A stretch of DNA of 64,000 nt. Source: a phage. Where the stretch lies: NCBI GenBank assembly GCA_012646185.1, contig GCA_012646185.1_4706.1. One strand, 5' to 3'. Both the position numbers and the translations under genes were made by a program. How positions within the stretch are numbered: the first letter of the stretch is position 1; every line of letters begins with the position of its first letter. A model generated the notes under the pieces. It was not told the DNA's origin, did not search any database, and was given only the letters and a program-made list of their open reading frames with translations. Shown here in pieces: positions 9,412 to 18,913 of this stretch.

Positions 9412-12321
9412 ATGAACGATATAAATAAAGGGCGCGTCGCCCTCGAACGTCAAATGAGCAATAATGACGTTGCGAAGGCACTCATGAACAAATTTGTCGC
9501 TCCTGCTCCGCAGTCACGTCTTTATAATACACGTGATGCGGAAGGAGCGAACGGTCGTTTCGGGTTAGTTGTTCCCGACCAAATGACGATGAACACGGTT
9601 ACGCGTGCGACCGCGACAAACATCGAGGATAATAAAAACATCCTCGAGTTGTTCCCTGAACTTAAACGCGTGATGCAGATCTATGTTGCCGCGTTGACGA
9701 ACCCTAACGATCTTAAGACGGTCGAGATGTTTATCGACAGCGAAGATTTCCCCGGCAGAGTCGCAGAAATCGTTCAGCCGATGATCGATACCATCGACAC
9801 GCATTTTAAGAATATCTATAAAATAAAGACGCTTATCCCTCGTATCATCGAAGACGTCTTCTTTATCAAGGGCAGTTATAACTTCGTTGTTCTGCCAGAA
9901 AGCACGCTCGACCGCGCGATTAATGGTAACGGTCAACTGAAACTTGAAGAATACGGATTTAAAGACAACCATTTTGCAAGTTGGGGGCTTCTAGGTAACG
10001 ACAGTCGCAAACGCCACGAAAATCAATTACCCGCGACGGTTTCGATGGAAGATTATTTCTCGGGTGTTAATGAAACCATACCGTACGATCCTGTTGTTCG
10101 CATAGACAGCATTAAGTTTACCAATACCCTGCTTCGCGATAAGGACGGTAAATTCATTGAAGCGAAGATCGATATTCCGGATATGGTTACGGTTGTCGAT
10201 AACCCAGACATCCTCCGCATGCCCATTCTGCATCAACGTCGAGCAGCGACAGCAGTGCAGCGTGCGTTACGCGCAAACACGTTAGGAGGTAGTGGTTTGG
10301 TAACGCTGTCAGGCGATCCGACCCTAACCGCTAACCGACGCGAGCTAACGCAAGAACAGGTTAACGAGATCTGGAATAAGCTCAACATCCAACGTCACAC
10401 TAAGGTATCTCCCGTTTACGCGTTGGCGACTCCAGATACGCTTGATCGTCAAAGCGTCGGTCATCCTGGTGTGATGCACGTACCACCTGAGGCATTAGAA
10501 CCCGTACATGCGCCCGGTGATCCTGAGAACCATATCGGGTATTTGGTTCAGTTGGATGAGTTTGGTTATCCGGTGCGTTTGGTTGAAGATGCTGCATATT
10601 ACAAGCAGTTGGAAGGTCGGTTGTCGAAGATCACTGCAGATATCGCAGGCACGTCAAGCAACGGCATGGCGAGCGAGATGATTGGTGCGGCCAAGAACAT
10701 GATCCAAGGTACGTCATGTAATCAGGTAGACATGTCGGCCTTCGTATCGTCGTACGAATCGCTGATGCAACGTTACATCGTTGAACGTATTGTCAACGGT
10801 TATCTTGGCAGTGCGGTGGAGATCGGTGCGACATCATCGTTTTACCTATCGATGCTTGCCCGTAGCCTCGCTCACAAGCAGACCCGTGTTTTGTTTATTC
10901 CTCGAGAGATGGTGACTTACATCGCCTATGAATACAACAAATACGGTATCGGTCGTTCGCTGCTTGAAAGTACGAAGATGATCTCGTCGCAACGAGCCAT
11001 GCTCATGGTTCAAGAACTAATGGCGAAAATCAAAAGTTCGTTGAACTATACGACGTTAAGCGTAATGCTTGAAGACACCGACAGAAACCCGGTCGATACC
11101 GTCGAACAAGCACTGCATAGTTTCGCTCGTGTCTACCAGTCTGGTTTCCCGTTGGGTGAAACTAACCCGATGGATATCATCAACGCGTACGAACGAAGCT
11201 CGATTCGATTGAAGGTTGAGGGGAATAACCCACGCTTCCCGAAATTGAATACAGACGTCAGCGTTGAGCAGCGTAACTATCAGTCTCCTGATAATGAGCT
11301 GATGGATCGTTACCGTCGTGACCATTTCATGGGCTTGGGTGTGTCTCCGGAGATTATCGATACTTCCTACCAATCTGAATTCGCAGCTTCTGTGATTACA
11401 GCTAACGCGATGCAAGAGAAACAGTTCACGGTTTGTCGTGAGGTGATCACGAATGGATTATCGGACCACATCAAGAAATATACGGCATACAGTCCCGTGT
11501 TGTTGACGTCGTTACGAAACACGGTTCGTGCGAACATGTCTAAGCTCTCCCAGGCACAATTGAAGCAGCTTTTTGGTAGCGATTTCGAAAACGGTGTTAT
11601 CCGTAACGTTAACGCCTATCAGGAGATTGACGACCAATCAGCAACAATGGATCTGGATTACACTAAACCAGAAGTCCAGGAAGTTATTGCCGATGCTTAT
11701 GTGTCCATGTTCTTAAACAGCCTGCGTGTGCGTTTACCAGATAGCAATGCTCGTCGCCTTGAAGATCAGGTACGTGAATATAATCAGTACAAGGAAGCGA
11801 TTACTGCGCAACTTGATGATTATTTAACGCCTGATTACGTCATGGGTCTGGGTGGGGTTGATGAAACAACGCTGCAGATGATCCGCGCATGCATTATTGG
11901 TACCGCGATGCGTACGTGGGCAAAAGAGAACAACTTCAATCAGGAGCTGGCTGATCTCTTCAGTCTTGACGATAAGAAGAATGCCGTGCAAGATTGGAAA
12001 CGTATGTCCATGGAACATATTGAAGTCATGGGTAAATGCATGGGTGATTTTGCATTGTATATTCAGAATCTGACGAAGAAGATTGAAGAGAAGATGGGAG
12101 CTCAAGCACAGGACGGCAGCGTTTCATCTGACGGTTCGTGGTCATCCGATTCAAGTAGCGATACCGGTTCTTCTGATGACTTCGGTGGCGGTGACGATTT
12201 CGGAGATACTGATTTCGATACCGAAACGATGGAGGAAACCTCAACAGAAGAAACAACCACATCTGAGGATACGACGACCGACACAACGTCAGAAGACGAT
12301 ACTTCAGGTGGCGTTGTCTAA
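9412..12321 (+). CDS. large virion-type protein (969 aa) with acidic S/T/D-rich C-terminal tail; possibly portal (weak guess)
   Basis: ATG with AAGGAG ribosome-binding site 9 nt upstream; C-terminal ~70 aa low-complexity acidic tail; A-run and terminator hairpin downstream. Confidence 0.8.
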   Translation: MNDINKGRVALERQMSNNDVAKALMNKFVAPAPQSRLYNTRDAEGANGRFGLVVPDQMTMNTVTRATATNIEDNKNILELFPELKRVMQIYVAALTNPNDLKTVEMFIDSEDFPGRVAEIVQPMIDTIDTHFKNIYKIKTLIPRIIEDVFFIKGSYNFVVLPESTLDRAINGNGQLKLEEYGFKDNHFASWGLLGNDSRKRHENQLPATVSMEDYFSGVNETIPYDPVVRIDSIKFTNTLLRDKDGKFIEAKIDIPDMVTVVDNPDILRMPILHQRRAATAVQRALRANTLGGSGLVTLSGDPTLTANRRELTQEQVNEIWNKLNIQRHTKVSPVYALATPDTLDRQSVGHPGVMHVPPEALEPVHAPGDPENHIGYLVQLDEFGYPVRLVEDAAYYKQLEGRLSKITADIAGTSSNGMASEMIGAAKNMIQGTSCNQVDMSAFVSSYESLMQRYIVERIVNGYLGSAVEIGATSSFYLSMLARSLAHKQTRVLFIPREMVTYIAYEYNKYGIGRSLLESTKMISSQRAMLMVQELMAKIKSSLNYTTLSVMLEDTDRNPVDTVEQALHSFARVYQSGFPLGETNPMDIINAYERSSIRLKVEGNNPRFPKLNTDVSVEQRNYQSPDNELMDRYRRDHFMGLGVSPEIIDTSYQSEFAASVITANAMQEKQFTVCREVITNGLSDHIKKYTAYSPVLLTSLRNTVRANMSKLSQAQLKQLFGSDFENGVIRNVNAYQEIDDQSATMDLDYTKPEVQEVIADAYVSMFLNSLRVRLPDSNARRLEDQVREYNQYKEAITAQLDDYLTPDYVMGLGGVDETTLQMIRACIIGTAMRTWAKENNFNQELADLFSLDDKKNAVQDWKRMSMEHIEVMGKCMGDFALYIQNLTKKIEEKMGAQAQDGSVSSDGSWSSDSSSDTGSSDDFGGGDDFGDTDFDTETMEETSTEETTTSEDTTTDTTSEDDTSGGVV

Positions 12322-12355
12322 ACGGACGTAAAAAAAAAAAATAACACATAGTTAA

Positions 12356-12389
12356 CCTTCTCCCCTTCCCTTACGGGTTGGGGAGAAGG
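12356..12389. terminator. conserved terminator hairpin
   Basis: CCTTCTCCCC-TT-CCC-TTAC-GGG-TT-GGGGAGAAGG; A12 run at ~12330-12341 gives a U-run after the hairpin on minus-strand transcripts. Confidence 0.75.
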
Positions 12390-12406
12390 GCTATGCGCTA
12401 TTTAAC

Positions 12407-12682
12407 TTATCTCGAGGTTAACCACGATTCAATTGTGGTGAGGTTGCTTCGCAATACGCGCCAACTAGGGTGTGGTGGGATCACAGCACCTTGGTCGATT
12501 ACGGTTAGCTGAGCCTGGTACTTCTGTTTCATACGGGCTACCGTAGCGTTTACCGAAAGGAAAAGCTGGTAACGTTCGTACGCCGTCAGTACAGCATCCA
12601 TTTGGATTGCTTCGGTTGCTAAAACGATTTCGCGTAAGTCCTTTGCGTCCATCGGGACAGTAATGAGTTTATAATGACTCAT
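12407..12682 (-). CDS. hypothetical small protein (91 aa)
   Basis: ATG at 12680-12682 with AAGGAA ribosome-binding site; terminator immediately downstream. Confidence 0.7.
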   Translation of the reverse strand: MSHYKLITVPMDAKDLREIVLATEAIQMDAVLTAYERYQLFLSVNATVARMKQKYQAQLTVIDQGAVIPPHPSWRVLRSNLTTIESWLTSR

Positions 12683-12731
12683 AGGGTTTCCTTATCAACC
12701 AGGGTATCGCGTTAACAATACCCATCGTCAA

Positions 12732-15269
12732 TTACTGCTCTTCACGTTCCAGCAGATACTCGGAAGCGGTAATACCGTTTACCGTACGTACTGCTTTCAG
12801 ACGAGTATCATCGCTCAGAATTACAGTAACAGATTGCAGACCTTTTACTTTGGTTTCGAAGGTCTTGAACACCTGATCCAGCATACGAGCAATGCTTGGG
12901 TTGGTTGCAGCAGATGCGTGAGTGTAACCGCTCTGGTTCAGCTTCAGAATCTTGGCGTTGGTCGGTACGCGAACAACAACATGCGGACGCATCGCGAACA
13001 CGCTGTGATTGAACCAGTAAGCATCGTTGCTATCTTCGTCGGTAACGATGTCTGGATTAACACGCATATCCTCGATAGCCGCATCCGCCAAACGACGTTC
13101 GATTTCGTCAGCATCCAGAGAACCATCTTTCTCCAGTTCTGCACGATACTCACTCATGGCAACCAGATGACGTTCACGATTCGCTGCGGATTTTTCGTGA
13201 GCGGCTTTCAGGTAGTCATGCATGTTGTACAGTTCTGCCATGGAAAGACGAATGTTCCACTGACCTTCGCCGTCACGATTGCAGTAGAGACACTTCAGCA
13301 TGTTGACCCAGGTATAGTAGCAATTGGAGAATTCATCTTCAATGAACTTCTGGTCCATTTTAAGATCGTGAATCAGCCAACCGGACAGTTCTCCGATATC
13401 ATCAACGAAGCTAGAGATGGTGGTTTCAGAGAAGTTCTTCGGTACGATACGTTTGATCAGCTTGTTAACGTCTTTGGTCATGCTATCATTCAGGAAATGC
13501 CAGATACGCAGAGGAATGACATCTCGATACTGTTGCATGATCTGACGATAAGCTTTGATATCGTCGCTACGACCTTTATCAATAGACAACGCATCCAGGA
13601 ATTCATGGATTGCATCCAGCTCTTTGTCGGTATAGGTTCCCAGATAGGAATTGACGGTGGCCAGGAATGCTAATGCGTCGTTTTGGTTGACGTCGGTGTT
13701 GGTCTGCTGAATGATCGCTACTGAAGCTTTGGTTTCAGCATCCTCAACGCTTGACGCTGCGATCGCGTCGGTGACGGTAAACAGTTTCATTTCGCGCTGC
13801 TCACCGACAACGATTGGCTCACGCTGAACCGGCTTGTTAAGACTAACACGAACAACTTCTGCTTGCGCGATACGATCCAGTTTTGCCATTTCCTGCTCTG
13901 CCATACGACGAGCGGTTGGATCTGATTCAAGTTCGATGTATTCCACTTCTTCCTCCGTGAGGGATGTAATGTCAACAATGGTTTCATGAAGAATTCCGTT
14001 TTCGTCGATACGTGCTCGACGAGCGAAGTGCCTGAAGTCATACAACGTCGGCCAACGACTATTAGGTGCAAAGTCTTTGGCTTTCAGACGCATCTGCATA
14101 AATTCTTCATGTTGAACAACACGACCGTAACGCTTAGCATCTTCGGTCGCATCAATTGGATTAACGGTCTTTGTTGCCGTAGCGGAACGAGCCGTACGAA
14201 CCGGTTCAGGTTGAACGGGTTTCTGCTGCCCAGCCTTAACATGCCATTCTGGCTCTTCGTACTGCTCAGCAAATTGCTCAGCGGCTGCAAAGATATCGTT
14301 GATACCACCAATATCTCCTTCAGGATTTGTCGAGTAAATCCGTGGTTGTGGTGCCTCGTAACGCGGCGCTGTAGCAGCAGGTGCGTCATCAACGATAGGA
14401 TCGTCATCACCAACATCATACAAACGGTTGAACGCACAATCCTTCGAATCAATGTACGATGGCGTTTGTGGTTGGACAACCGTCGGCCGAGGTTGTGTGC
14501 CGTATCCTGGTGTTGTTGGAGCCATACCACGCATAACTGCTGGGTTAGGTTGGTATTGTGGTTGCGGGTAGGTTCCACCATACATGGCGTACGCAGGCTG
14601 TTGCGGTTGACCATACCCGTTGCTAACCATCGCACTTGCTTGCGGACCACGATAAGTCATCCCCATCTGCATCACCTGCTGCTTCAAACCACGTGACTTC
14701 TGAGCGATTTGCGCTAGGCTTCCGCTTTTATTCAGCTGCGTGTACTTGTTCGCGGCTTCCGGGTTAATGCGTGATAATTCAATCGCGCGATAATATTCCG
14801 GGTACTGATTCGGTTCAAAGAGCCACGTTACAAGATGATACAGCGCAACTGTGCTCACAGCAGCAGAGACGATCTGGTCGTCGGACGCGTTCTGTGGCAT
14901 CGGGTTGATGTAAGAGAACACGTTCCAACAACAGTCTTCAACAAGCGATTCCATCATCATATCGTTATTGGTATAACGTGCGACGAACTCGGTTTGTATT
15001 TTGTCTTGCTGAGCGAAGTCTTTCAGGACATTAAAGATGGCTTGACGGATTTTGACGATCGTCGCTTCTTGGGTGATGAAGTTATAGTTCTGCTGATATG
15101 AGGGTTGTTGGTATTGTGGTGGTTGATAGGCGTTATTCGGGTATGCGCCGTACGGCGATTGCTGATACTGTTGCTGACGAACCCGTTCAGCCGCATAATT
15201 AACCGTGCTCGTATAGGGGTTTTCGCTATAGCCCATTTGTTGATACATGTTGTTACTGCCATTATACAT
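12732..15269 (-). CDS. hypothetical protein (845 aa) with two Q/Y/P-rich low-complexity regions
   Basis: ATG at 15267-15269 with AAAGGA ribosome-binding site; N-terminal ~65 aa and residues ~190-270 are Q/Y/P/G-rich. Confidence 0.85.
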   Translation of the reverse strand: MYNGSNNMYQQMGYSENPYTSTVNYAAERVRQQQYQQSPYGAYPNNAYQPPQYQQPSYQQNYNFITQEATIVKIRQAIFNVLKDFAQQDKIQTEFVARYTNNDMMMESLVEDCCWNVFSYINPMPQNASDDQIVSAAVSTVALYHLVTWLFEPNQYPEYYRAIELSRINPEAANKYTQLNKSGSLAQIAQKSRGLKQQVMQMGMTYRGPQASAMVSNGYGQPQQPAYAMYGGTYPQPQYQPNPAVMRGMAPTTPGYGTQPRPTVVQPQTPSYIDSKDCAFNRLYDVGDDDPIVDDAPAATAPRYEAPQPRIYSTNPEGDIGGINDIFAAAEQFAEQYEEPEWHVKAGQQKPVQPEPVRTARSATATKTVNPIDATEDAKRYGRVVQHEEFMQMRLKAKDFAPNSRWPTLYDFRHFARRARIDENGILHETIVDITSLTEEEVEYIELESDPTARRMAEQEMAKLDRIAQAEVVRVSLNKPVQREPIVVGEQREMKLFTVTDAIAASSVEDAETKASVAIIQQTNTDVNQNDALAFLATVNSYLGTYTDKELDAIHEFLDALSIDKGRSDDIKAYRQIMQQYRDVIPLRIWHFLNDSMTKDVNKLIKRIVPKNFSETTISSFVDDIGELSGWLIHDLKMDQKFIEDEFSNCYYTWVNMLKCLYCNRDGEGQWNIRLSMAELYNMHDYLKAAHEKSAANRERHLVAMSEYRAELEKDGSLDADEIERRLADAAIEDMRVNPDIVTDEDSNDAYWFNHSVFAMRPHVVVRVPTNAKILKLNQSGYTHASAATNPSIARMLDQVFKTFETKVKGLQSVTVILSDDTRLKAVRTVNGITASEYLLEREEQ

Positions 15270-15303
15270 TTCTTACGATCCTTTTTATTTATTCGGTTAT
15301 GTG

Positions 15304-17100
15304 TCAATCGATTATGTCGTGATCGTTAATTTCTACAATTTCTTCATCGAATCGACCGACGTCTTTCTTCAAGCCTGCATTGGTTGCTGCAACGTCATTT
15401 GCAATTTGTGGGGTAATGATTAACCGACCGCGCTCATCGATAGGTGCGTACATACTGAACTTCTGACGTCCGGTTGGTTCGGAGTGTGGAAGATTCAGAT
15501 AGCTTGCACAGAACGGGATGGAACCACTAACCAAACGACTCTCGTCAGCCAATGCAGCACCGCCTGCGTTTTGGCTCTGGAGAACAACATGCGTGCTCAC
15601 TTTGAACAGCATGCAATCACCAGGTGACTGAATCGATGTTGCCACTTTCTCACGTTTATCACGATTGCTCTGGATATTGAGAATCGCTTCCGTTGCAACT
15701 TGATTTCGCAACGCCTTCTGTACATCGCGATTGGTCATCTCTTTACGGTTGTTCTGTCGTTTACCACGTTCTGTGGTTTTAAGATGGAACCCCAGTTTAA
15801 AGATGCTCTTACGCACATCCTCCATGACATATTCCAACACCATCAATTCCTTACCGAACATCGTCGTGGTGTCAACACGACTCATTTCGATAGTGACATT
15901 GTCAATCAGATACGCCATAAATTCATAGAAGTCGTCGCAAGGAATATTTTCCTGTTTGAACTTCTTCTGCTGAATTTCGTCAACGTAAAGATCGAGACTG
16001 TCGATGTGGTGGTTTACATCACGCAACAAACGCGCATCCGCATTGTTGTTATTAAAGATAATCAAACCGAGTAATGTACGCCAATGGTCTGGCGCATTCG
16101 CGAACTCTTCAACCGGATAGTCTTCCGGAAAACGATCGTAATAACGGTCGATGAGATACAAGAATGCACCGACAAGGCCAAGAACAATACGTTCCGTGCC
16201 TCCACGTCTTACAGCAATTTGAATATCAGGATGTTTGTAACGTACAGCGCTAGCGCTACGGCTTTTACCGCTTTTGCTGATACTAAAGCCTTTAGGAATA
16301 ACCCCCATGGTGCGATAGATTACCCATTGGTCACGCGGAAAATCACGTTCAGCAAGGTTCCGTCCGGTTACGGCTTCGACACCTGCAAAACGTCGGAAAC
16401 ACTCACCCACCCCGTACTTCGCAAAGAGATAGTGACCCAGTGTGGTTACGCTGGTGTGGTTGATGTTGTCACCGTTCACTTTACTTTGTTTAGTAAGATG
16501 ATAGATTTGCGACCAGGGTAATGACAGGTAATGACGATAATCGATACCGGTCGGTGTATCGTTGCTCAGGAACTGATACGGTGTACGTTTAACCGTGATT
16601 TTGTCACGCGGAAGCATGATGAACGCCATGTCTTTCGTGTAACTGATTACGGGGTCAGCGAGTACCGCACTGAGAATGAAGTTCGCACCACGTAGACGCA
16701 TTTTACCACCCTGACCTACCGCGGGTAATAGGAGAGGATGTCGGATAATGCAGTAGTCCTTTCCGGGTTCACGACGGTCACCTGATTCCATCGCGCCGTA
16801 CCAGCGGAATTCTAGCATCACCATAAACACATCGGAAGGCGCAAGGTCGAAGGTCAGCTTACCGCTATCCTTCCCTTTGGTTTTCTTTCCTCCGCTTAAG
16901 TAGTGGAACTGTTCGCGGGCCATACAGCGACGCAGGCCATGATACACCAGATCCTTAGGTAAACTATCTTTGCTGTTCCGCCAAAGACGATCAACATAGG
17001 ACTCAACATCTTGCATCTTATCGACGACGATGTTGCGTGCTATCTTCTCGTTCATCTTCGGTGCAAGCTCAGCGACAGCTTTGCAGAATCTAGGATCCAT
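15304..17100 (-). CDS. hypothetical protein (~598 aa), start moved to ATG at 17098-17100
   Basis: Track start GTG at 17103; adjacent ATG has AAAGGAG ribosome-binding site 6 nt upstream. Confidence 0.8.
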   Translation of the reverse strand: MDPRFCKAVAELAPKMNEKIARNIVVDKMQDVESYVDRLWRNSKDSLPKDLVYHGLRRCMAREQFHYLSGGKKTKGKDSGKLTFDLAPSDVFMVMLEFRWYGAMESGDRREPGKDYCIIRHPLLLPAVGQGGKMRLRGANFILSAVLADPVISYTKDMAFIMLPRDKITVKRTPYQFLSNDTPTGIDYRHYLSLPWSQIYHLTKQSKVNGDNINHTSVTTLGHYLFAKYGVGECFRRFAGVEAVTGRNLAERDFPRDQWVIYRTMGVIPKGFSISKSGKSRSASAVRYKHPDIQIAVRRGGTERIVLGLVGAFLYLIDRYYDRFPEDYPVEEFANAPDHWRTLLGLIIFNNNNADARLLRDVNHHIDSLDLYVDEIQQKKFKQENIPCDDFYEFMAYLIDNVTIEMSRVDTTTMFGKELMVLEYVMEDVRKSIFKLGFHLKTTERGKRQNNRKEMTNRDVQKALRNQVATEAILNIQSNRDKREKVATSIQSPGDCMLFKVSTHVVLQSQNAGGAALADESRLVSGSIPFCASYLNLPHSEPTGRQKFSMYAPIDERGRLIITPQIANDVAATNAGLKKDVGRFDEEIVEINDHDIID

Positions 17101-17139
17101 CACACACTCCTTTCAGAAAGTTGCTTAAGCAGATTAAAG

Positions 17140-18576
17140 TTACTTTTTCGATGACGCCTTTTCAAGAATCTTGAAAAAGGTCATACCTATACCGACAACG
17201 GCCGCGGTTATGCTCGCAGCGGCTTTCCAAACATCGACGTTACGTTGACGTCGCGCTTCTTCCGCTTCACGTTGTCTTTTTGCCTCTTCATCACGTCGAC
17301 GTATCTCAGCAGCAAACTCGTCGTGCTTACGTTTGGCTTCTTCGTCTCGACGACGAAGTTCAGCGACGAATTCTTCATGTTTGCGTTTAGCCTCGTCATC
17401 ACGACGTTTTAAATCAGCTTGATAATCTTCGTGTATTTGTTTACGTAGATCATCTTGACGCTTCATTTCGGCTTGGTGTTGTTCCATCCTACGTTTTTGT
17501 TCGTCTTTAAGCTGATCGAGTTCGGCTTTATGTTGTTCATCGCGCAGCTTTGCGTCGGCGCGATGCGCCTCATGCATCTGTGCGATAACTGCCTTGTGTT
17601 CATCCGCCATACGCCGCATTTCAGCCATCACCCCTTTAAGGGTTTCTTCTGATGCCTTACGTTCGTAGCTACGCTGGTCGAAATCATTTTTGTAGGCTTC
17701 TTTTTGGATGGGGTCGCGCCAATGCAATGCCGATTCACGTGTCGGAAAAACATTGTACTTCCACATCTCTTTTTCCAAATCTTCGACCGGTACGAAGATG
17801 GAGTCATTATTCCCGAAGGTAACCAACATACCTGGCGCGCCTGCTCCATTCGTTGGTTTTATTTCGAACGCTTTCCCCAGCACGTTAACCCATAAGCTAT
17901 ACGGATTATGAAAGTCGGGTGGCGTCCAATGGATAGTGAGTTGCGTTCCGAGAATCCGGAAACCCTCTGTTTTTCCCGTCAAGCTCCGCGCGCACGTTGC
18001 GATGTAGGGGTGATCAATCCCTTTCGTAACGTGGTCTGCGCTTTTGTATTCTCCTTTAACTTTTACGATTGCCACGTTGATTTGCGCGACATAAGCAGGT
18101 TGATTAAAGTTCAGCGTGTTGAGGTCAATTTGACATATTTCATCCAGCGTATCGTACCAGTCTTGCTGGTCTAATAGACGCGGCATTTTCTCAGCGTTAA
18201 CAATACGACGGATATGCGGTTTCCTTATCGCGTAACCTGTGCCGTTTTTAACACGGAGTATATCCCGACGTCTACCCGCGTAGACGAAGTTTCTGAATGC
18301 ACCATTCGCATTAGATACGTCATGGCTGTCAACTATTACAGGACTACGAAATTTTGAACGTCGTACGATCCTGAATGTATTGCCGTCCTCAACCCTACCA
18401 GGAATGTACTGGAACATATTGTCGGAGGTGATAACCAACACGGTATGGCCAGATTCATTAATACATGCCCATCCTAATTCCAGGTCATATAACGGTTCAG
18501 CATAACCGTCAATGCGATAAGCGTGCGTACCATCCCACGGTTCGAACGCGGTATCACATATTGGCATGGAGGGCAT
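17140..18576 (-). CDS. hypothetical protein (~478 aa): globular N-domain, E/R/K-rich repeat helix, C-terminal transmembrane anchor
   Basis: Start moved to ATG at 18574-18576 (GGAGG, 6-nt spacer); three 19-aa repeats LRRRDEEAKRKHEEFVAE; hydrophobic AAASITAAVVGIGMTFF followed by KILEKASSKK at the C-terminus. Confidence 0.8.
   Translation of the reverse strand: MPSMPICDTAFEPWDGTHAYRIDGYAEPLYDLELGWACINESGHTVLVITSDNMFQYIPGRVEDGNTFRIVRRSKFRSPVIVDSHDVSNANGAFRNFVYAGRRRDILRVKNGTGYAIRKPHIRRIVNAEKMPRLLDQQDWYDTLDEICQIDLNTLNFNQPAYVAQINVAIVKVKGEYKSADHVTKGIDHPYIATCARSLTGKTEGFRILGTQLTIHWTPPDFHNPYSLWVNVLGKAFEIKPTNGAGAPGMLVTFGNNDSIFVPVEDLEKEMWKYNVFPTRESALHWRDPIQKEAYKNDFDQRSYERKASEETLKGVMAEMRRMADEHKAVIAQMHEAHRADAKLRDEQHKAELDQLKDEQKRRMEQHQAEMKRQDDLRKQIHEDYQADLKRRDDEAKRKHEEFVAELRRRDEEAKRKHDEFAAEIRRRDEEAKRQREAEEARRQRNVDVWKAAASITAAVVGIGMTFFKILEKASSKK
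17255..17425 (-). repeat. tandem ~57-bp in-frame repeats encoding the E/R/K-rich helix
   Basis: Repeated cgacg...gcgac...ttcttc...tttgcgttt units visible on the plus strand; bounds approximate. Confidence 0.5.
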
Positions 18577-18726
18577 CGTCAACCTCCATCTGATTGAAAA
18601 CTATCACGCATAATGCATTTCCCTTTTCTTGTTCTTATCGAGCCGACAGCCGACGGTTTCAGCATCGTTCCTAGCGCGAGAACGACCTTACGTGTTGTCT
18701 ATGCCTTATTCATCGCAGGCGTCTGT

Positions 18727-18746
18727 CACCTAGGTAATGTAAGCGT
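18727..18746 (-). promoter_or_regulatory. conserved motif CACCTAGGTAATGTA (plus strand), candidate promoter element
   Basis: Same core as elements at 25205-25267 and 63861-63924; lies after a terminator and ~150 nt upstream of the 18576 start. Confidence 0.3.
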
Positions 18747-18784
18747 CAAATTTTTTCTATTCGCAACAATAAACGGCATAGAAA

Positions 18785-18814
18785 CCTCCCCCAACCCTTA
18801 CGGGCTGAGGGAGG
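18785..18814 (-). terminator. terminator hairpin downstream of major capsid gene
   Basis: CCTCCC...CCC-TTAC-GGG...GGGAGG; U-rich run follows on minus-strand RNA (plus 18750-18765). Confidence 0.65.
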
Positions 18815-18913
18815 CTGACTTATGTATCACGGTGCCGGATGAATGTCCGGTGCAATGAAACCATCCGCAACGTTGTCGTCAAGAATATCGTCCAACGAAG
18901 CAGCTACGGTAGT

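Noticed and set aside
12834-14696. Long plus-strand ORFs (12834-13673, 13986-14696) and minus ORF 14084-14650
   Set aside because: They are antisense to, or out of frame within, the 845-aa gene; low-complexity C/R/L-rich translations.
18613-18858. 81-aa plus-strand ORF in the region downstream of the capsid gene
   Set aside because: It spans the conserved motif and terminator hairpin on the opposite strand and has no ribosome-binding site.
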